DNA of 63,019 nt, counting the filler, from Chrysochromulina tobinii (Eukaryota): NCBI GenBank assembly GCA_001275005.1. It is 6 parts of 6 records of this genome, joined end to end, with 100 filler letters (N's around TTAATTAATTAA, not from the genome) between each part and the next. Parts side by side here need not be neighbours in the genome. Positions count along the whole stretch, not along the records: positions 7,250 to 22,431 come from JWZX01001008.1; 5 more parts are not named here. The stretch is one strand, 5' to 3'. Position 1 is the first letter of the stretch. Each line of letters opens with the position of its first letter. Positions 9,823-21,664 of this stretch are shown here, one piece after another. Position numbers and translations under genes: made by a program. Under the pieces are notes generated by a model. It saw nothing but the letters and a program-made list of their open reading frames with translations. It ran no database searches and had not been told where the DNA came from.

Positions 9823-12561
9823 ATGAACTCAGTTGTGAAAATGGAGCCAGCACAGTTGACAGGACCAGAGACAGCTGGTGGCCACGCGGCCGACGGCGAT
9901 CCCGAATCCGAAGACAATGAGGACGACGATTTCGAGGACGACTGCAGCTCCAGCCACTCCTCCTCCAAGGATGTCGAGTTGATACGAGAGTTCCGAAAGC
10001 AGGCGTGGGAGCCCACACAAAAGGTGGCCGTACTCTTGCTAACTGGTTCGTTGCGGCGGCGGCCACAAGACGCCGAAAAGGACCTGCGCGCGCGGCTGGA
10101 GCGGAAGACACGCTCGCGCCTCGAGCTGTGTGGCGTGCCCCGGAGCCTCCTGGGGCGGGACAATCCGATAGAGATCAAGTCTGTCTTCTGGCCAGCGGCC
10201 TTCGCGACAGCGATGCCGCTGCTGCACGGACGAGACGGCGCCGACGCCACGTCTTCAGAGCACACGGGGTTGACGCAGCGCATTCTGCATGATGTGATCA
10301 CGTTCAACGCTGCATACCGATGTGCTGCCGGCGACACGGCAGCCTATCGCCCCACCTCGCCGAGCCCGGCGGCTGTCGAGGCTCATCGCATTCTTGAAGA
10401 TGCGTTGACCGAGCTTTCCAGGCAGGCCGGCCCGAACTCTCCGCTTGTGGTGGTCGCTCATCATCTGGGCTGCGTGCTCGCGTTCGAGCACCTGCGCCGG
10501 CTGCAGGCGGCTGCGACCAAACTGGACGGTACAGCCCTCGATGCGGCCCTCGAGCGCGCGGAACCACCCGAGCCAGTGCCGCCGCCGCCAGTGCCGCCGC
10601 CGCCAGTGCCGCCGCCGCCAGTGCCGCCGCCGCCAGTGCCGCCGTCGCCAGTAGTGCCGCCGCTGCCAGTGCCGCCGCCGCCCGTACTGCAGCCGGAACA
10701 GACCGAAGACGCGGTGCCCAGCGCTCCCGTGCCAGCAGGATCCATACCTCCGCTACCTGCCGAGGAGGAGCTCACATCGAGCGTCTCCATACAAACGCCG
10801 CCCTCGCCGCGGAATATGTCCGGGCGCGAGCTGCGCGCAATCACGCTCATCAAGCGTGATGGGGGCACCTCGGGGCTCACCCTCGAGCGCACGCATCTGG
10901 AGGGGCTCGGCCACTGCGTGCGCGTCGCAGCCGTTGAGCTCGAAAGCCATGCCTCTTCGAACGTCGATCTTCTCTTGATCGGGGACGTGGTGCTGAGCGT
11001 CGATGGTGCTGCGGTCGACAAGCCCGCCGAGGCTGCCACGCGGCTCGATGAAGCTACCGGTACGGTAGAGCTCGTCATTTCGAGATGGTCCGCAGAGCAC
11101 AAGGCTGCGGCACAGGCTAAGGCGGCAGCCGAGGCGAAGGCGGTAGCCGAGGCGAAGGTGGCAGCCGAGGCGAAGGCAGTAGCCGAGGCGAAGGCGGTAG
11201 CCGAGGCGAAGGCCGCGGCCGAGGCCAAGGCGGCAGCCGAGGCCAAGGCGGCAGCCGAGGCGGCGAAGGCGGCAGCCGAGGCGGCGAAGGCGGCAGCCGA
11301 GGCTAAGGCGGCAGCCGAGGCGGCGAAGGCGGCAGCCGAGGCAGACTGGGCGGCCCGCACTAATCTCGAGAAGGGGTATACCCTCGCGGCGTTCGTCACG
11401 ATGGGTTGCCCGATGCCAGTGCTGCTCCTCGCACAGGGGCACGGCTCGCGCCGCGCCGCCTCTGAACTACTCGAGCGGCCAGTGCAGGTGCCGTCGGCCC
11501 ATTTTTGGCGATGCCTGCCGCTCCGACCGGTAGCAGAGCACATGCCTCGCGCGGAGCTCCGATGGACGAATTATTGGCACGCGGCCGACCCCCTCGCCTA
11601 CCCTGTGCAAGGGCTGCTCGGGCGCGTGAGCGTCACTGACGTTCTTGTGAAGCTCGGGGGCAGCAGCGGTGGCAGCGGCAGCGGCAGCGGCAGCGGCGAG
11701 GTGCACCCACTCGATTACCTGGGCCATCACGGCTCACGCGAGATCTTGTCTCCAATCGCGCACACGCTCACGCTCCTCTGGCTGCATGCCAACCCGCACA
11801 TCGATGCGGACACCACGCAGCTCGAGCAGCTCGCGCTGCACGGCTCCGGCACGCGTGCCAAGCTCGCACGGCGCAAAACCCAGACGAGGGAGGCGTCCAG
11901 CAGGCAGGCGCGCAAGGCCGCTGCCAAGGCGAGCGAGGCAGCCGCCCTCGCCAAGTCCAAGGCGACTGCGATCCTCGAGAAGGCGCAGGCGGCAAGAAAG
12001 AAGACACTCGAGGCACGCGAGGCGCGCGCCGCTCGCGCCACCGGCACCAGTACCATACCTACCGGTACCATACCTACCGGTACCATACCTACCGGTACCG
12101 AGCTCGGTGACGACCTGAGCACCAGCGCGCAAACCTTGCGCCTGTCGGCAGCGACCGCCCATGGTGACGCCCATGGTGGCGCCCATGGTGGCGCGCTGGC
12201 GGAGATGCTCACAGATACAGTCATGTGCGCCGAGCGCGCAGTGTCCAACTCGAGCGAGCCTGGGCGGAGCGCCGTACCGAGCAGCGCCTCCCCGCCCGAG
12301 TCAGCCGACATTGCCTACTCCTCCCGAACCAAATCTGTTGATGTACTGCAGCGCTTCACGCGGCATGCGGCGTCGCGCACTTCGGCGACGATTTCACGAG
12401 CCTCGTCGAGCCTCGGGTCTAGCCTGGGCGCCGTTGCGGGCGCTGCGGCCAAGCTCGACCACGTTGTCCGCGCCAAGCTGCGCGGCAGCGGGACTTCCAA
12501 TAATGCCAGCGCGATGGGCGTCCAGAGTCATGCGGATGGTGCGCCTGATGAGACGCCGTAG
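9823..12561 (+). CDS. Alpha/beta-hydrolase (DDHD/PA-PLA1-like) fold protein with inserted PDZ domain and Pro- and Ala/Glu/Lys-rich repeats; probably catalytically inactive
   Basis: SPLVVVAHHLGCVLAF (nucleophile elbow, with His in place of Ser), FVTMGCP, WTNYWHAADPLAYP. PDZ-like GLTL...LLLIGDVVLSVDG. (PPPPV)n and (AEAKAA)n repeats. Confidence 0.6.
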   Translation: MNSVVKMEPAQLTGPETAGGHAADGDPESEDNEDDDFEDDCSSSHSSSKDVELIREFRKQAWEPTQKVAVLLLTGSLRRRPQDAEKDLRARLERKTRSRLELCGVPRSLLGRDNPIEIKSVFWPAAFATAMPLLHGRDGADATSSEHTGLTQRILHDVITFNAAYRCAAGDTAAYRPTSPSPAAVEAHRILEDALTELSRQAGPNSPLVVVAHHLGCVLAFEHLRRLQAAATKLDGTALDAALERAEPPEPVPPPPVPPPPVPPPPVPPPPVPPSPVVPPLPVPPPPVLQPEQTEDAVPSAPVPAGSIPPLPAEEELTSSVSIQTPPSPRNMSGRELRAITLIKRDGGTSGLTLERTHLEGLGHCVRVAAVELESHASSNVDLLLIGDVVLSVDGAAVDKPAEAATRLDEATGTVELVISRWSAEHKAAAQAKAAAEAKAVAEAKVAAEAKAVAEAKAVAEAKAAAEAKAAAEAKAAAEAAKAAAEAAKAAAEAKAAAEAAKAAAEADWAARTNLEKGYTLAAFVTMGCPMPVLLLAQGHGSRRAASELLERPVQVPSAHFWRCLPLRPVAEHMPRAELRWTNYWHAADPLAYPVQGLLGRVSVTDVLVKLGGSSGGSGSGSGSGEVHPLDYLGHHGSREILSPIAHTLTLLWLHANPHIDADTTQLEQLALHGSGTRAKLARRKTQTREASSRQARKAAAKASEAAALAKSKATAILEKAQAARKKTLEAREARAARATGTSTIPTGTIPTGTIPTGTELGDDLSTSAQTLRLSAATAHGDAHGGAHGGALAEMLTDTVMCAERAVSNSSEPGRSAVPSSASPPESADIAYSSRTKSVDVLQRFTRHAASRTSATISRASSSLGSSLGAVAGAAAKLDHVVRAKLRGSGTSNNASAMGVQSHADGAPDETP

Positions 12562-13208
12562 ACGCTCTGAACACCGTCGACGGACGCGCCTCTAAGTTTT
12601 AGCGAAATTAGATTACACCGTTTGTAACCTACCAGATCGGCGTCGCCTCGTGATTCAAACCGCTCATTCGTATTGGTGTGAACCCGGTTCGGAGCCTCGT
12701 TTCTACTCGGCACCTAGCGCACCTTGCCGTACACACATATCTCCCATATATTATCCCGATCATCGGTCGTCATACCTTGGGAGCGCCACCCACCTGAGCC
12801 CGCGTGTGAGCGGTAAGGTTCGCGTCGAGGCTCGAGCGAGGAGCGGCTGCCGGGCTCCGGGGCACCTTGTCGCCAAGGTTTTTGTTAAGCGGGTTTGTGC
12901 CCCGCGCGGCGGGGCCCGCCGGCATACCGTACGAGCGTACGTTATTCCTCCCTCCCCCGAACCCGCGCAGGCCAGGCAGTGAGAGGAGCACCAGAGCCGC
13001 CGGGAGGTCAAGTTGTGAACGTCGATTACCGTCATGACCGCTATATCGGCTCGTCATGTACAGCCTCGAAACAGCCTCGACATTCGTTGCGCCGCGCACA
13101 TCAACCCACACGACTCCCACAGTCGCGCATCGTCGTGGCGCAGCCGGCGCGCGCGGCGGCGCACAGCTCCACAAAGTGGCCGGAATTCCTGCGTCGGGCT
13201 GCCCAGCA

Positions 13209-14576
13209 TCAGGCTGCACGAGGAGGCTTGCGGCTCCATCCAGGCTCCGGCTGACCGGTATCTGCCACCCCAAGGCATGCCGTAAAGCACTGCAGTAACG
13301 AGCTCGGCGGACCCATTCGAAGCACCCCAATCAGTCTTGTACCTGCATGCTCGGACGCCGGTACTCGAGTGCCGCTCGCTCGGCTCGGCTCGTGTGCCAC
13401 GTAAAGCTCGAGGTCCGCAGTCACCGGGCGGTGGTCCGATGACTTGAGCTGTTCACACCGCCCGTAGCTCACCAGAGTCACCAACTCGCTCTCGCGCCAC
13501 AAGATTCGATCGCACCACGCGGGCGCTCGCTTCTTGTGGCTCGTGTCGTACACGTCAGTGCCGCGGTCGTACTTGTACGTCGGGGCGAAGAGGAGTGGAG
13601 CTTCCTCGTAGCCCGCGAAGACGCGTCCAGCAAGGCGCTCGAAACGAAGCTCATCGGCGGCCGCGAGCTCGGCGAGCGGCGGCGGCGTGGCCGTCATAGC
13701 ACGGCGCACGCCTTCGTCAGCCATGCGGATGCGGTAGTTCATGTCGCCAAGCCACACGACAAACTCGTGCTCGCCGATGGTTGCCGGCCCAGGAGGCCGC
13801 ACCACCAGTCCCGGGATCGTGCGCGCGTCGGGAAACCGAAGTCTCTCATGGAGCCGGCCCACGTCCTCGTTTCGCGCCAAAGTATTCGACGTGCCGGATG
13901 CGAGGTGCACACCGACGAGGCACAGGGAACTCCCGTAGAGCTGCAGGCTCACTGCGACGGCGCCCTTGTTGCCCAGTCCGAGCGGACCCGTGCCCAGCGC
14001 GCTCACACGTGCATTACAGAAGGGAAGGTGCTCGAAACGCACAAAGACGAAGATGGTCATGCCAACGAGCGCCTTGCGAGCGACAAGCTTGTAGCCGCTC
14101 AGCACTTCAAATAGCAGGTGCTGCCATCGCAAGACTTCGTCCATCACGCCATCGTTGAGGCCGTCCACTGCGGCATCGCCACCGCCGAATGCCGAGTACG
14201 CCATGTGGCCAGCATATGCGCCGAACCCATTGATGTCAACCACCTCCTGCAGGGCAATGGCGTACACATCACCATTCAGCTCCCCCTCGCCCACCGCAGC
14301 GTCATCGTCCTGCTCAACTGCATCAGCAGCACGGGCACGACGCCGAGGTGTTCGCAACAACGCTCTGAGTTGATCACACGACGGCGGCGGTGTGGCACAG
14401 ACATTCCACGTGCGCACACAAAGCTTGACAGCAGTTCGTCGCTGACGCTCACTCGGCGAGAGCATCGCGTCCACCCTATCCGCAATGGCCTGCATTTGCA
14501 AGCTTATCGACTGCTGAAGCGTGTCTATCACGCTCGGAGAGATCGCAGCGGTGTCTGTCTCGGATCCCACATCCAT
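13209..14576 (-). CDS. Inositol polyphosphate 5-phosphatase
   Basis: TWNV, IALQEVV, GNKGAV, VHLASG, WLGDMNYRI, FAPTYKY, RAPAWCDRILW, SSDHRPV. Confidence 0.93.
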   Translation of the reverse strand: MDVGSETDTAAISPSVIDTLQQSISLQMQAIADRVDAMLSPSERQRRTAVKLCVRTWNVCATPPPSCDQLRALLRTPRRRARAADAVEQDDDAAVGEGELNGDVYAIALQEVVDINGFGAYAGHMAYSAFGGGDAAVDGLNDGVMDEVLRWQHLLFEVLSGYKLVARKALVGMTIFVFVRFEHLPFCNARVSALGTGPLGLGNKGAVAVSLQLYGSSLCLVGVHLASGTSNTLARNEDVGRLHERLRFPDARTIPGLVVRPPGPATIGEHEFVVWLGDMNYRIRMADEGVRRAMTATPPPLAELAAADELRFERLAGRVFAGYEEAPLLFAPTYKYDRGTDVYDTSHKKRAPAWCDRILWRESELVTLVSYGRCEQLKSSDHRPVTADLELYVAHEPSRASGTRVPASEHAGTRLIGVLRMGPPSSLLQCFTACLGVADTGQPEPGWSRKPPRAA

Positions 14577-14878
14577 CGTGGATGGCGCTTTTACCGGTAC
14601 CGGGTACCGGGTACCACACTCGAGCGCCGTTGGCGGCCGACGGAAGGGGGGGGGGGGGGGTCTCACGCCCTCTCACTCTCACTCTCACCTCCGTCAAGTA
14701 TTAATTAAGGTCAGCCAGGGTCGTCGTCAAAATAGCATGGAGTCAAGCATGGAGCCAATGCGCTTTGGTACCTCTGATTAGAGAAGAGGACGGGGCGGGG
14801 ACGCACACAGTTCACAGTCACGCCGGAACACCATTCAATGTGAGTCGGCCTTGTGAACCACGAGCTGCCAAGGCCGTG

Positions 14879-15826
14879 TCACTCCATCGTCGGTGGCGGT
14901 GGGCCACGCAAGAAACGTGAGATCGACGCTAAGGTGGGCAGCACGAGCGGCACGCTTTTGACGTAATGCTGGTAGTTCGGGTCGGCGCCATATTTCTTGT
15001 CGGCGAGCTTGACAGCGTTGGCGATGACGTCGGTGGCTTGAGCGTAGAAGAGAGCGAGCAAGAAGAGCGGCGACAAGGCGGCGCCGGCCAAGCGTCCACC
15101 ACGCCGCAGCCAGCCAGCACCCAGTGGAGACGCGGCGAGTAGCGTAGGCGCATTGAAGAGGAAGATGCCCGTCCAGACCATGAGGTTACCCAGCCAGTTC
15201 GGGTGCTGCGAGATCTGCCACACACCGGCATCGCAAAACTTGTTGCGTGTTTGCGGATCCCGCTTGAACATCCACTTCTGCGCATCGGCCGCCGTCTCAA
15301 GGGCCAGCCCGATGACGTACGCTGCCATGCCTGTGTACGTGACCCACCCGCCGAAAGCGGGGCGCCCGGCGAGTGGCACGCCGCAGGCGATTGTGTGCGG
15401 CAGGCTGACGATGAAGCCCCAGAGGAAGGAGATCATCCAGAAGCCAAAGGCGCCCGTGGTCGTGGAGAGCGTCTCGTCTAGTCGCATGTCCCGTTTATTC
15501 TGCAGCGCGCGGTAGAAGAGGAAGCTCGACAGCTTCGTGGCCCAGATGGCAACGCCCACTGACGAGATCGACTGCCGCAAATCGCCACGGCCACCAACGG
15601 TGAGCGCAGCGACCGCGAAGACGCCCGTGCCGATGAGGTCCAGGTGGTAGTGCCAATTCGTGGCTGCGCTGATGCCAAACCCCACCGTGTTCGCGGCTCC
15701 GAAGACGAGAGCCGACTGCGCGAGTGCCGGTACTCCGCCGCCAGTGGAAGCGGCGGCCGCGGCTGATAGTATGGGGCTTGTGGAAAGCGCCCGCGACGCG
15801 ATTGCAGCGAGCGATCGCAGTGGCAT
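14879..15826 (-). CDS. DUF1295 / steroid 5-alpha reductase-like membrane protein
   Basis: DMRLD, ETAADAQKWMFK, GVWQISQHPNWLGNLMVWTG, KYG.DP.Y..Y. The N-terminus looks like an organellar transit peptide. Confidence 0.88.
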   Translation of the reverse strand: MPLRSLAAIASRALSTSPILSAAAAASTGGGVPALAQSALVFGAANTVGFGISAATNWHYHLDLIGTGVFAVAALTVGGRGDLRQSISSVGVAIWATKLSSFLFYRALQNKRDMRLDETLSTTTGAFGFWMISFLWGFIVSLPHTIACGVPLAGRPAFGGWVTYTGMAAYVIGLALETAADAQKWMFKRDPQTRNKFCDAGVWQISQHPNWLGNLMVWTGIFLFNAPTLLAASPLGAGWLRRGGRLAGAALSPLFLLALFYAQATDVIANAVKLADKKYGADPNYQHYVKSVPLVLPTLASISRFLRGPPPPTME

Positions 15827-16114
15827 GGCGGCCGCACGTGAAGATGATGGAAGTACTGTTGGACTGGTGAGCTCGCGCGGAGATTTCGTGAAGCAGAAAA
15901 ATACTTCGAGCAGCCGCACTGCGCAATTACACAACCATGCTGTTGCTCCAAATAGCTCTCCATGCCTCGTTATATGGTTATATGGTATGCTCCATGCATG
16001 GTAGTCTGCCTGTATGATTAAAATGCGGCCGCCAAATCAAGAAATCATCCAAGCCAGCGCCTCCGCTCCTCATCCTAATCCCTCACGGGTTTACGTCCTT
16101 CGAGGCATCCGATC

Positions 16115-17438
16115 TCATGAGATCTCATTCTCATTCGCCTCGAATGACGAGGCATGGTGCATGCAGCTCATCTGGTACTGCGGCAGCCGGTTCCGTAGCG
16201 GACGGAGGCGCAGGACGAGGTCGCGCGCGCGGTCGGCGTCGAGGGCGGGCTCGTTGAGGCGCAGGATGAGCCGTCTCAAGCGCGAACCGCTCACGCCGCT
16301 CGACATCTCCGCCTCGTCGGCGCTCATCATGCCCCCGGCGGCGCTCGTGCGCAGGCGCAGCGGTTCACTGGGCGGGGGCATCGCTCGTCGCACGGCGGCG
16401 AGCGCCCGGTCATCGAGCCCAAAGTAAGCGGCGGCGCGCTGCAGCCGGCCGGGCAGCACGACCGACGAGAGGCGCGCCGCCCACTTTTGGTGCCGCGGCT
16501 GGTCGTCCGAGCAGTGGCGCTGCGCGAGCTCCGCGAGCTCTGAGCCCACCTCGTGCGCACCCAAGTAGTGCGCGAGCGGCACGAAGACACGCGCCGTCTC
16601 CTGCGCCTTGCGCGCGCGCTTGTGCGGCTTCATCGCCGAGAGCGTGCGCATGTTGTGAAGCCGGTCCGCCACCTTGAGCACCGCCACGCGCCAGTCGCCC
16701 GCGCACGCGTCCAGAAGCTGCAGCAGGTCGCCGCTCTCCAGGCAGAGAGCGCCCATGCCCATGAGCTCAAGCTCGGCGACCTTCTCCTCGGGCAGCTTGG
16801 AGACGCGCGTGACGCCCTGCACAAGCGTGCGGACCTCCTCGCCGAATTTGGCCTCCACCTCGCCAAAGGTGAGCGGCGTATCCTCGATGGCGTCATGCAG
16901 GAGCGCGGCCACCACACACGAAGCGTCCATCCCCCAGCTCGCGACCAGCTCGGCGACGGCGACAGGGTGCGTGACGAAGGGCGACCCATCGCGACGCGTC
17001 TGCCCTGAGTGCACCTGCGTCGCAAGCTTGAGCGCCTGGAAGCACGTCGCGCGGTCCTCCTCGGGCAGGTACCTGCATTTGAGAAGGGCGGGGAACGTCA
17101 GATGAGGGATGGGCATGTGGAGAAGGGGGTGAGTGGGGCACTGAGGGCACCGAGCGCGCGCGAAAGGCTCACAACGCGATTGTACTGCCGAGCAGGGGGC
17201 AGCCCCGCGCGCCTCTCGCTGCGCACGCCAGCAACGGGACGGGGGAAAACTGTTTTCCCCCCTAAGTGGGCGTTTGGCCGCACAGGCTTGAAGCGCACCT
17301 TGTAGCCTGCGCAAGGGAGCTCTCCCAGAGCTGGCTGGGCGGTTTGGTCGCCGTTGGCAGCCCGCCCGCCACCCAGCCCGCCTCAACTGTGCCCAGGAGG
17401 AAAACGGCAAGCACAGTGAATAACGACCTCGTGGCCAT
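16115..17438 (-). CDS. RelA/SpoT-family (p)ppGpp hydrolase, HD domain only, with N-terminal signal peptide; 2 exons (17438-17299, 17072-16115)
   Basis: HSGQTRRDGSPFVTHP, ALLHDAIEDT, LKVADRLHNMRTL, ETARVFVPLAHYLG. Exon 1 MATRSLFTVLAVFLLGTVEAGW... joins in frame through a GTGCGC..TGCAG intron at 17298-17073. Confidence 0.82.
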
Positions 17439-17565
17439 CTTCTTGAAGCGCGAGACCTCGATCCAGATGACAAAACGAGGTTTCGTTGAAATTTCTTGAT
17501 TCCGCACAGCCGGGCCACGTTTGGAAAACGAGAATCCAATCTTACTCGAGCATCCTTTCAATAGG

Positions 17566-18596
17566 TCAAAGTGAAACGTGAAATGAAGGAGTGATGGCCG
17601 CCGGAGCACCGCTTGCGCCCGAGTACGCTGAGTACTTGGACAGCGCGCGCAGCGATCGCTCGAGCGAGAACTCCTTGGCGCGCAGCGCCTTGGCCTTGTT
17701 CTTGTAGTCGGCCAACGCATCGGAGACAGCGCCGTCTGGCTGCTGGGCCTGTGGGGGGCGTTGCAGCTGGGCGGTTTCGAACGAGGCGGGCGCCGGGTAG
17801 AGTGCGCTCGTGACGGCGCTCGCGAGCCGGCTCGTCGATTGGCTACGCGAGACGCCCGCAGTGGTGGTGTCGTTCACGTCCGTCGAGCCCGTCATCGTGA
17901 TGAATCCCCTCGCGACGGGTGGCGCGGGCATGAGCGGCCCACCGGCACCGTTCTCGAAGGCGACCGAAGGGACCAATGGGGACGTCGAAGCCGTCGAATG
18001 AGATCCTGCGGGCGCGGGCGCCGTCGGCGGCGAGTGACCGAGCCCGAGCGAGACACAGACCGTGCGCTCGGCCGCGTTGCCGTTGGACGACTCGGACGGC
18101 GACGGCGCGGCTCGCTGCTTCTCCGCGCCCACCGCGCCGCCCGTCGCGCTCAAGCTCGCGTACCAGGAGCCTCCGCCGGACCGGTGCTGTGACGCGATGA
18201 CGTCGGTCGCCGAGAAGGAGGCAAGGGCGCGCAACTGCCGCTCGAGGGCGACCTCCCGCTGCGAACGGCTCCCGCGCGGCGGTGAGGCGCCGAGCTCCGC
18301 CGCCTCCTCGGCGGGCGTCGCCGGATCATGATACGGTGCCGGGGCATCGTACGCAGCCGATAGCTCATGCACAAGTGCCGGCTGCGGACGCGGCGCCACA
18401 CCTCCTCCGACGGGGGCCCCCGGGGGGGGCGACATGAGCGAGCCGGCTGTGGAACCGTCACCCAGTAAGCTCCCGAGCGAGATCGTAACGGTCCGAGGTT
18501 CGGCCGGTGCCGGCGCCGTACCGGGCGCTCGACCCGGCGCGCTCGGTGGGGTGCTCGCTGCCCAGTGGAGGGCTCTGTGCACGTCCATCCGCGCCT

Positions 18597-18633
<37 letters not shown>

Positions 18634-20680
18634 TGCCGCCGCCGCCGCCACCTGCGCATCGTACTCACGCGGCGTGGGGAGCGCTGCCGCCACCGCAGCC
18701 GCGTGCCCACCGGTGGCCCACGAAGGAGCGGGGGGGGGAGGGACTGGCGGGGGCGCGGGGGGCAGCAGCGCGTACGCGGGCAGCCGGAACGCAGGCGCGT
18801 CGTACATGCTCGGGGCAGGCGCGCCGCTGTTGGGCGCCGCGCGCGCCAAGCGCTCGAGATGATACTGCTGCCGATAGCGGCTCGCCTCCGTGCGCAGCCC
18901 TCGCACCTCCCGGTGCAGCGCGGCGGTCGACTGGTAGTACCACGGCGCCCCGGAGCGCTCGTCGGAGAGCTGCTGCTGCTGCTGCTGCTGGGATGACGGC
19001 GGTGGCGCGGGCAGGGGCGCCGTGGGAGCGGAGGCTGGGCGCGGCGGTTGCGAAGGCGCAGGCGCCGTGGCGGGCGCCGGCACGGGCGCCCACTGCGCCC
19101 ACTCGCGCCCGCCCTCGTACCTGTCCTCATGACCGTTGCCGAAACTCGCTATGGAGACGGATCCGTTGCCGTGGCCGCGACGCGCCGAGTCGGGCGAGTA
19201 GCACGCGCTCGGCGGCGCGCTCGGCGGACGTGGCCGCTCACCCCCGGAGCTGTGAATGGAGTGAGACCGCTCGCCGCCGGAGCTGTGAATGGAGTGAGGC
19301 CGCTCGCCGCCGGCGCCGCCCGCGGTGGCAGGGGTGGCGGCGACGGTGGGCAGCCCGTGCGCGATGAGGCGCGTGTTTGAGCGCTCGAGCTCGCCTTGGA
19401 GCTGCGCGACCTTGGCCTTGAGCGTCGCCACCTCGTCCCGTAGGCGCAGGATGAGCTGTTCCTGGGGATCGAGCTTGACCACCGGCTTGTTCCGGATGGC
19501 GCCCGCCGAGCACGCGTAGTGCAGCGTGCGGATCGACTCGTCCGCGTACGCGAGGAAGGGCGAGCAGCACGCGATCATGAGCGTGTGCGCCGAGCCACCC
19601 AGGGAATCGGCGAGCAATTTGGTGAGGGTCGAGTCGCGGTATGGCACGTGAGCGGGCACGCGGGCGAGACCAGAGGGCTGGCGGGACTCGGGGCCGTTGC
19701 GCGCTTCGAGGGCAAGGGCCTTGATCACCTGGCCGAGCGCAAAGAGCGATTTGTTGATCGAGCCCGCCTCCTTGAGCCCCGTGCCATGCGAGTGGGTCGA
19801 GCGCACGTTCTCGGAGCCGGCGAGGTCGAGGAGCGAGATCTTGCCGTAGCGCGCCGCCGCCGGCCGGCCCGTGCCGTCGTCGTCGTCGAGTGCGTCGATG
19901 TACACGGAGAAGATGGCGTGCGAGCGCGACGAGTCCAAGTTCATCTGGTGAACGCCGCGCGACCGGTGCTCGAGCCCCTTGGCGATCACGTACTGTAGAT
20001 CGCGCAGCCCGCGGCACTGGACCACCGACAGGTCCTCGACGTAGAAGCCGCCGTTGACCGAGCCGCGTACGGACAGCGGCGCGCCCGGTTCGATGAGGTC
20101 CACCACCTGCTCGTTGTAAATCTCGAGGTACGTCGCGCGCACCGTGTGCTGCACGCCCGAGCGCCGCCCGATGGCCTCGTACAAATAGTGAGCCGCGCGC
20201 TGCATAAGGCCGGCGGACGCGGGCAGCGGGTCGGCGTTGCCGGGCATCGCGGAGACCGACGAGGTGGCGCGGGTGGCCGTCGGGCCGGAGACGGTGTACT
20301 GTCTTGCCGCTGCCCGTCTGGCCGTAGGCGAAGACAGTTGACATGTAGCCGTCGAGCGCTGCGTCGAGCATCTCGCACATCCCGCAGCCGTCGAAGAGCT
20401 CTGCCTGCGTCGTCGGCCGGTCGTGCACGGAATCGAAGTTGAAGGAGCGCACGCGCGGACCACGCACGGCCCAGGAGGCGGCTGCGTTGCCGGCATCGGC
20501 GCCGGCGCTGCCGTCGAGATCCAGCATGAGCGTGTGGCCGTCGTCGCCACAAATGATGCCCTCGGGCGCTCCCGCGCGGTCGAGCGGCGGGCGCACGCGC
20601 ACAGCCACGCGCACGCGTGAACCGGTGATTGAAGACGGCGCCTCGGAGACGAACGACGCGCGCGTCGAAGGACGCGACAT
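17566..20680 (-). CDS. Kinesin, KIF12/kinesin-16-like, with a 1-nt insertion frameshift just after the P-loop (~20300)
   Basis: RVAVRVRP and FAYGQTGSGKT in one frame; YTVSGP, YLEIYNEQV, SSRSHA, DLAGSE, HVPYRDSTLTKLLADSLGG in the next. The sequence reads AAG ACA G TAC. Confidence 0.85.
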
Positions 20681-21664
20681 TGCCAGCTGGTACCGGCGCA
20701 GTGATTGGCGCAGTTCTCGGGTGTTTTTGTCGCGCATGCAGCTGCTGGGGGGAGGGGGGGAGGGGGGGGAAGTGGAAAGGTTGTATAGGGGCATACTATA
20801 TGCTGCACGATCCAACTCGTGCTCCTCGACGCCGATCAGGCGCAACAACTCAATCCCTTACACTTCCTCCTTGCTGCTCGCGTTTCCCGCCCGCGGCCCG
20901 CCGCGCCGTGCTCGAAGCCCAGCACCCGGGGGGGCACCACTAACGCGCTTCCGCGTCGCTCACGCCTCAGCGTACGCCTTGGGCCGCCACGCTAAGCCAG
21001 GGTACGCCACGCGCCCCCGGCCTCACGTGACTCGTCGACCAACTTGAGGCGCGGGTGTAGGCCCAGCTCTTCTCAAACGAGCCTATCAACACGTCGGGCC
21101 CCCGGCCACTTGATTTGAGGGCACGTGATGGGCGCCATCTGCAGAGAGCGGGATGTGGCTACCGCTTACGAGAACAATCCTGTCTACTTCGCTCCTGCTG
21201 CGCAGGTAATTGTCTAATTGAGCACCTGGGTGTACTAGTAGCGCAGGACGATAAGTCGCAGGCGGTCCTCGCGAGTGTCATTCCTCATCGTATTTATGCC
21301 GGTGAGGATGCAGCAAGTGCGCCCGCAGTGGGTCTTTGCCCACCACGTACCGCATGCGGGCCTTCGCCCACTTTCGGTTGACATTGGGCCAAAAGGATTT
21401 TTTTCACACATCAGGTGCGAGCCTGGAAAAGTCCAGCTGCTCGTCACAACGAAGCCTTGACCACTGCTGCTGCACTTGCGCTGTCGCCAAGCCCCAAGTG
21501 TTCCTAATCTGAATACCAAAGCAACGCTGCATCGCGTCACATTCGCCGCGGTCAAATGAAAAGCCCACGCTTTGCAGGCTTCGCTCGGGCTCACAAAGTT
21601 GGGTGCGCATGTATCCCTCGTCTGCCATCAACGAAGCTCCTCGCGTAACTGCACAAGCTCGCGT

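Noticed and set aside
21110..21660. Lower-GC segment as a transposase remnant
   Set aside because: Short interrupted ORFs with no DDE or other recognisable motif.
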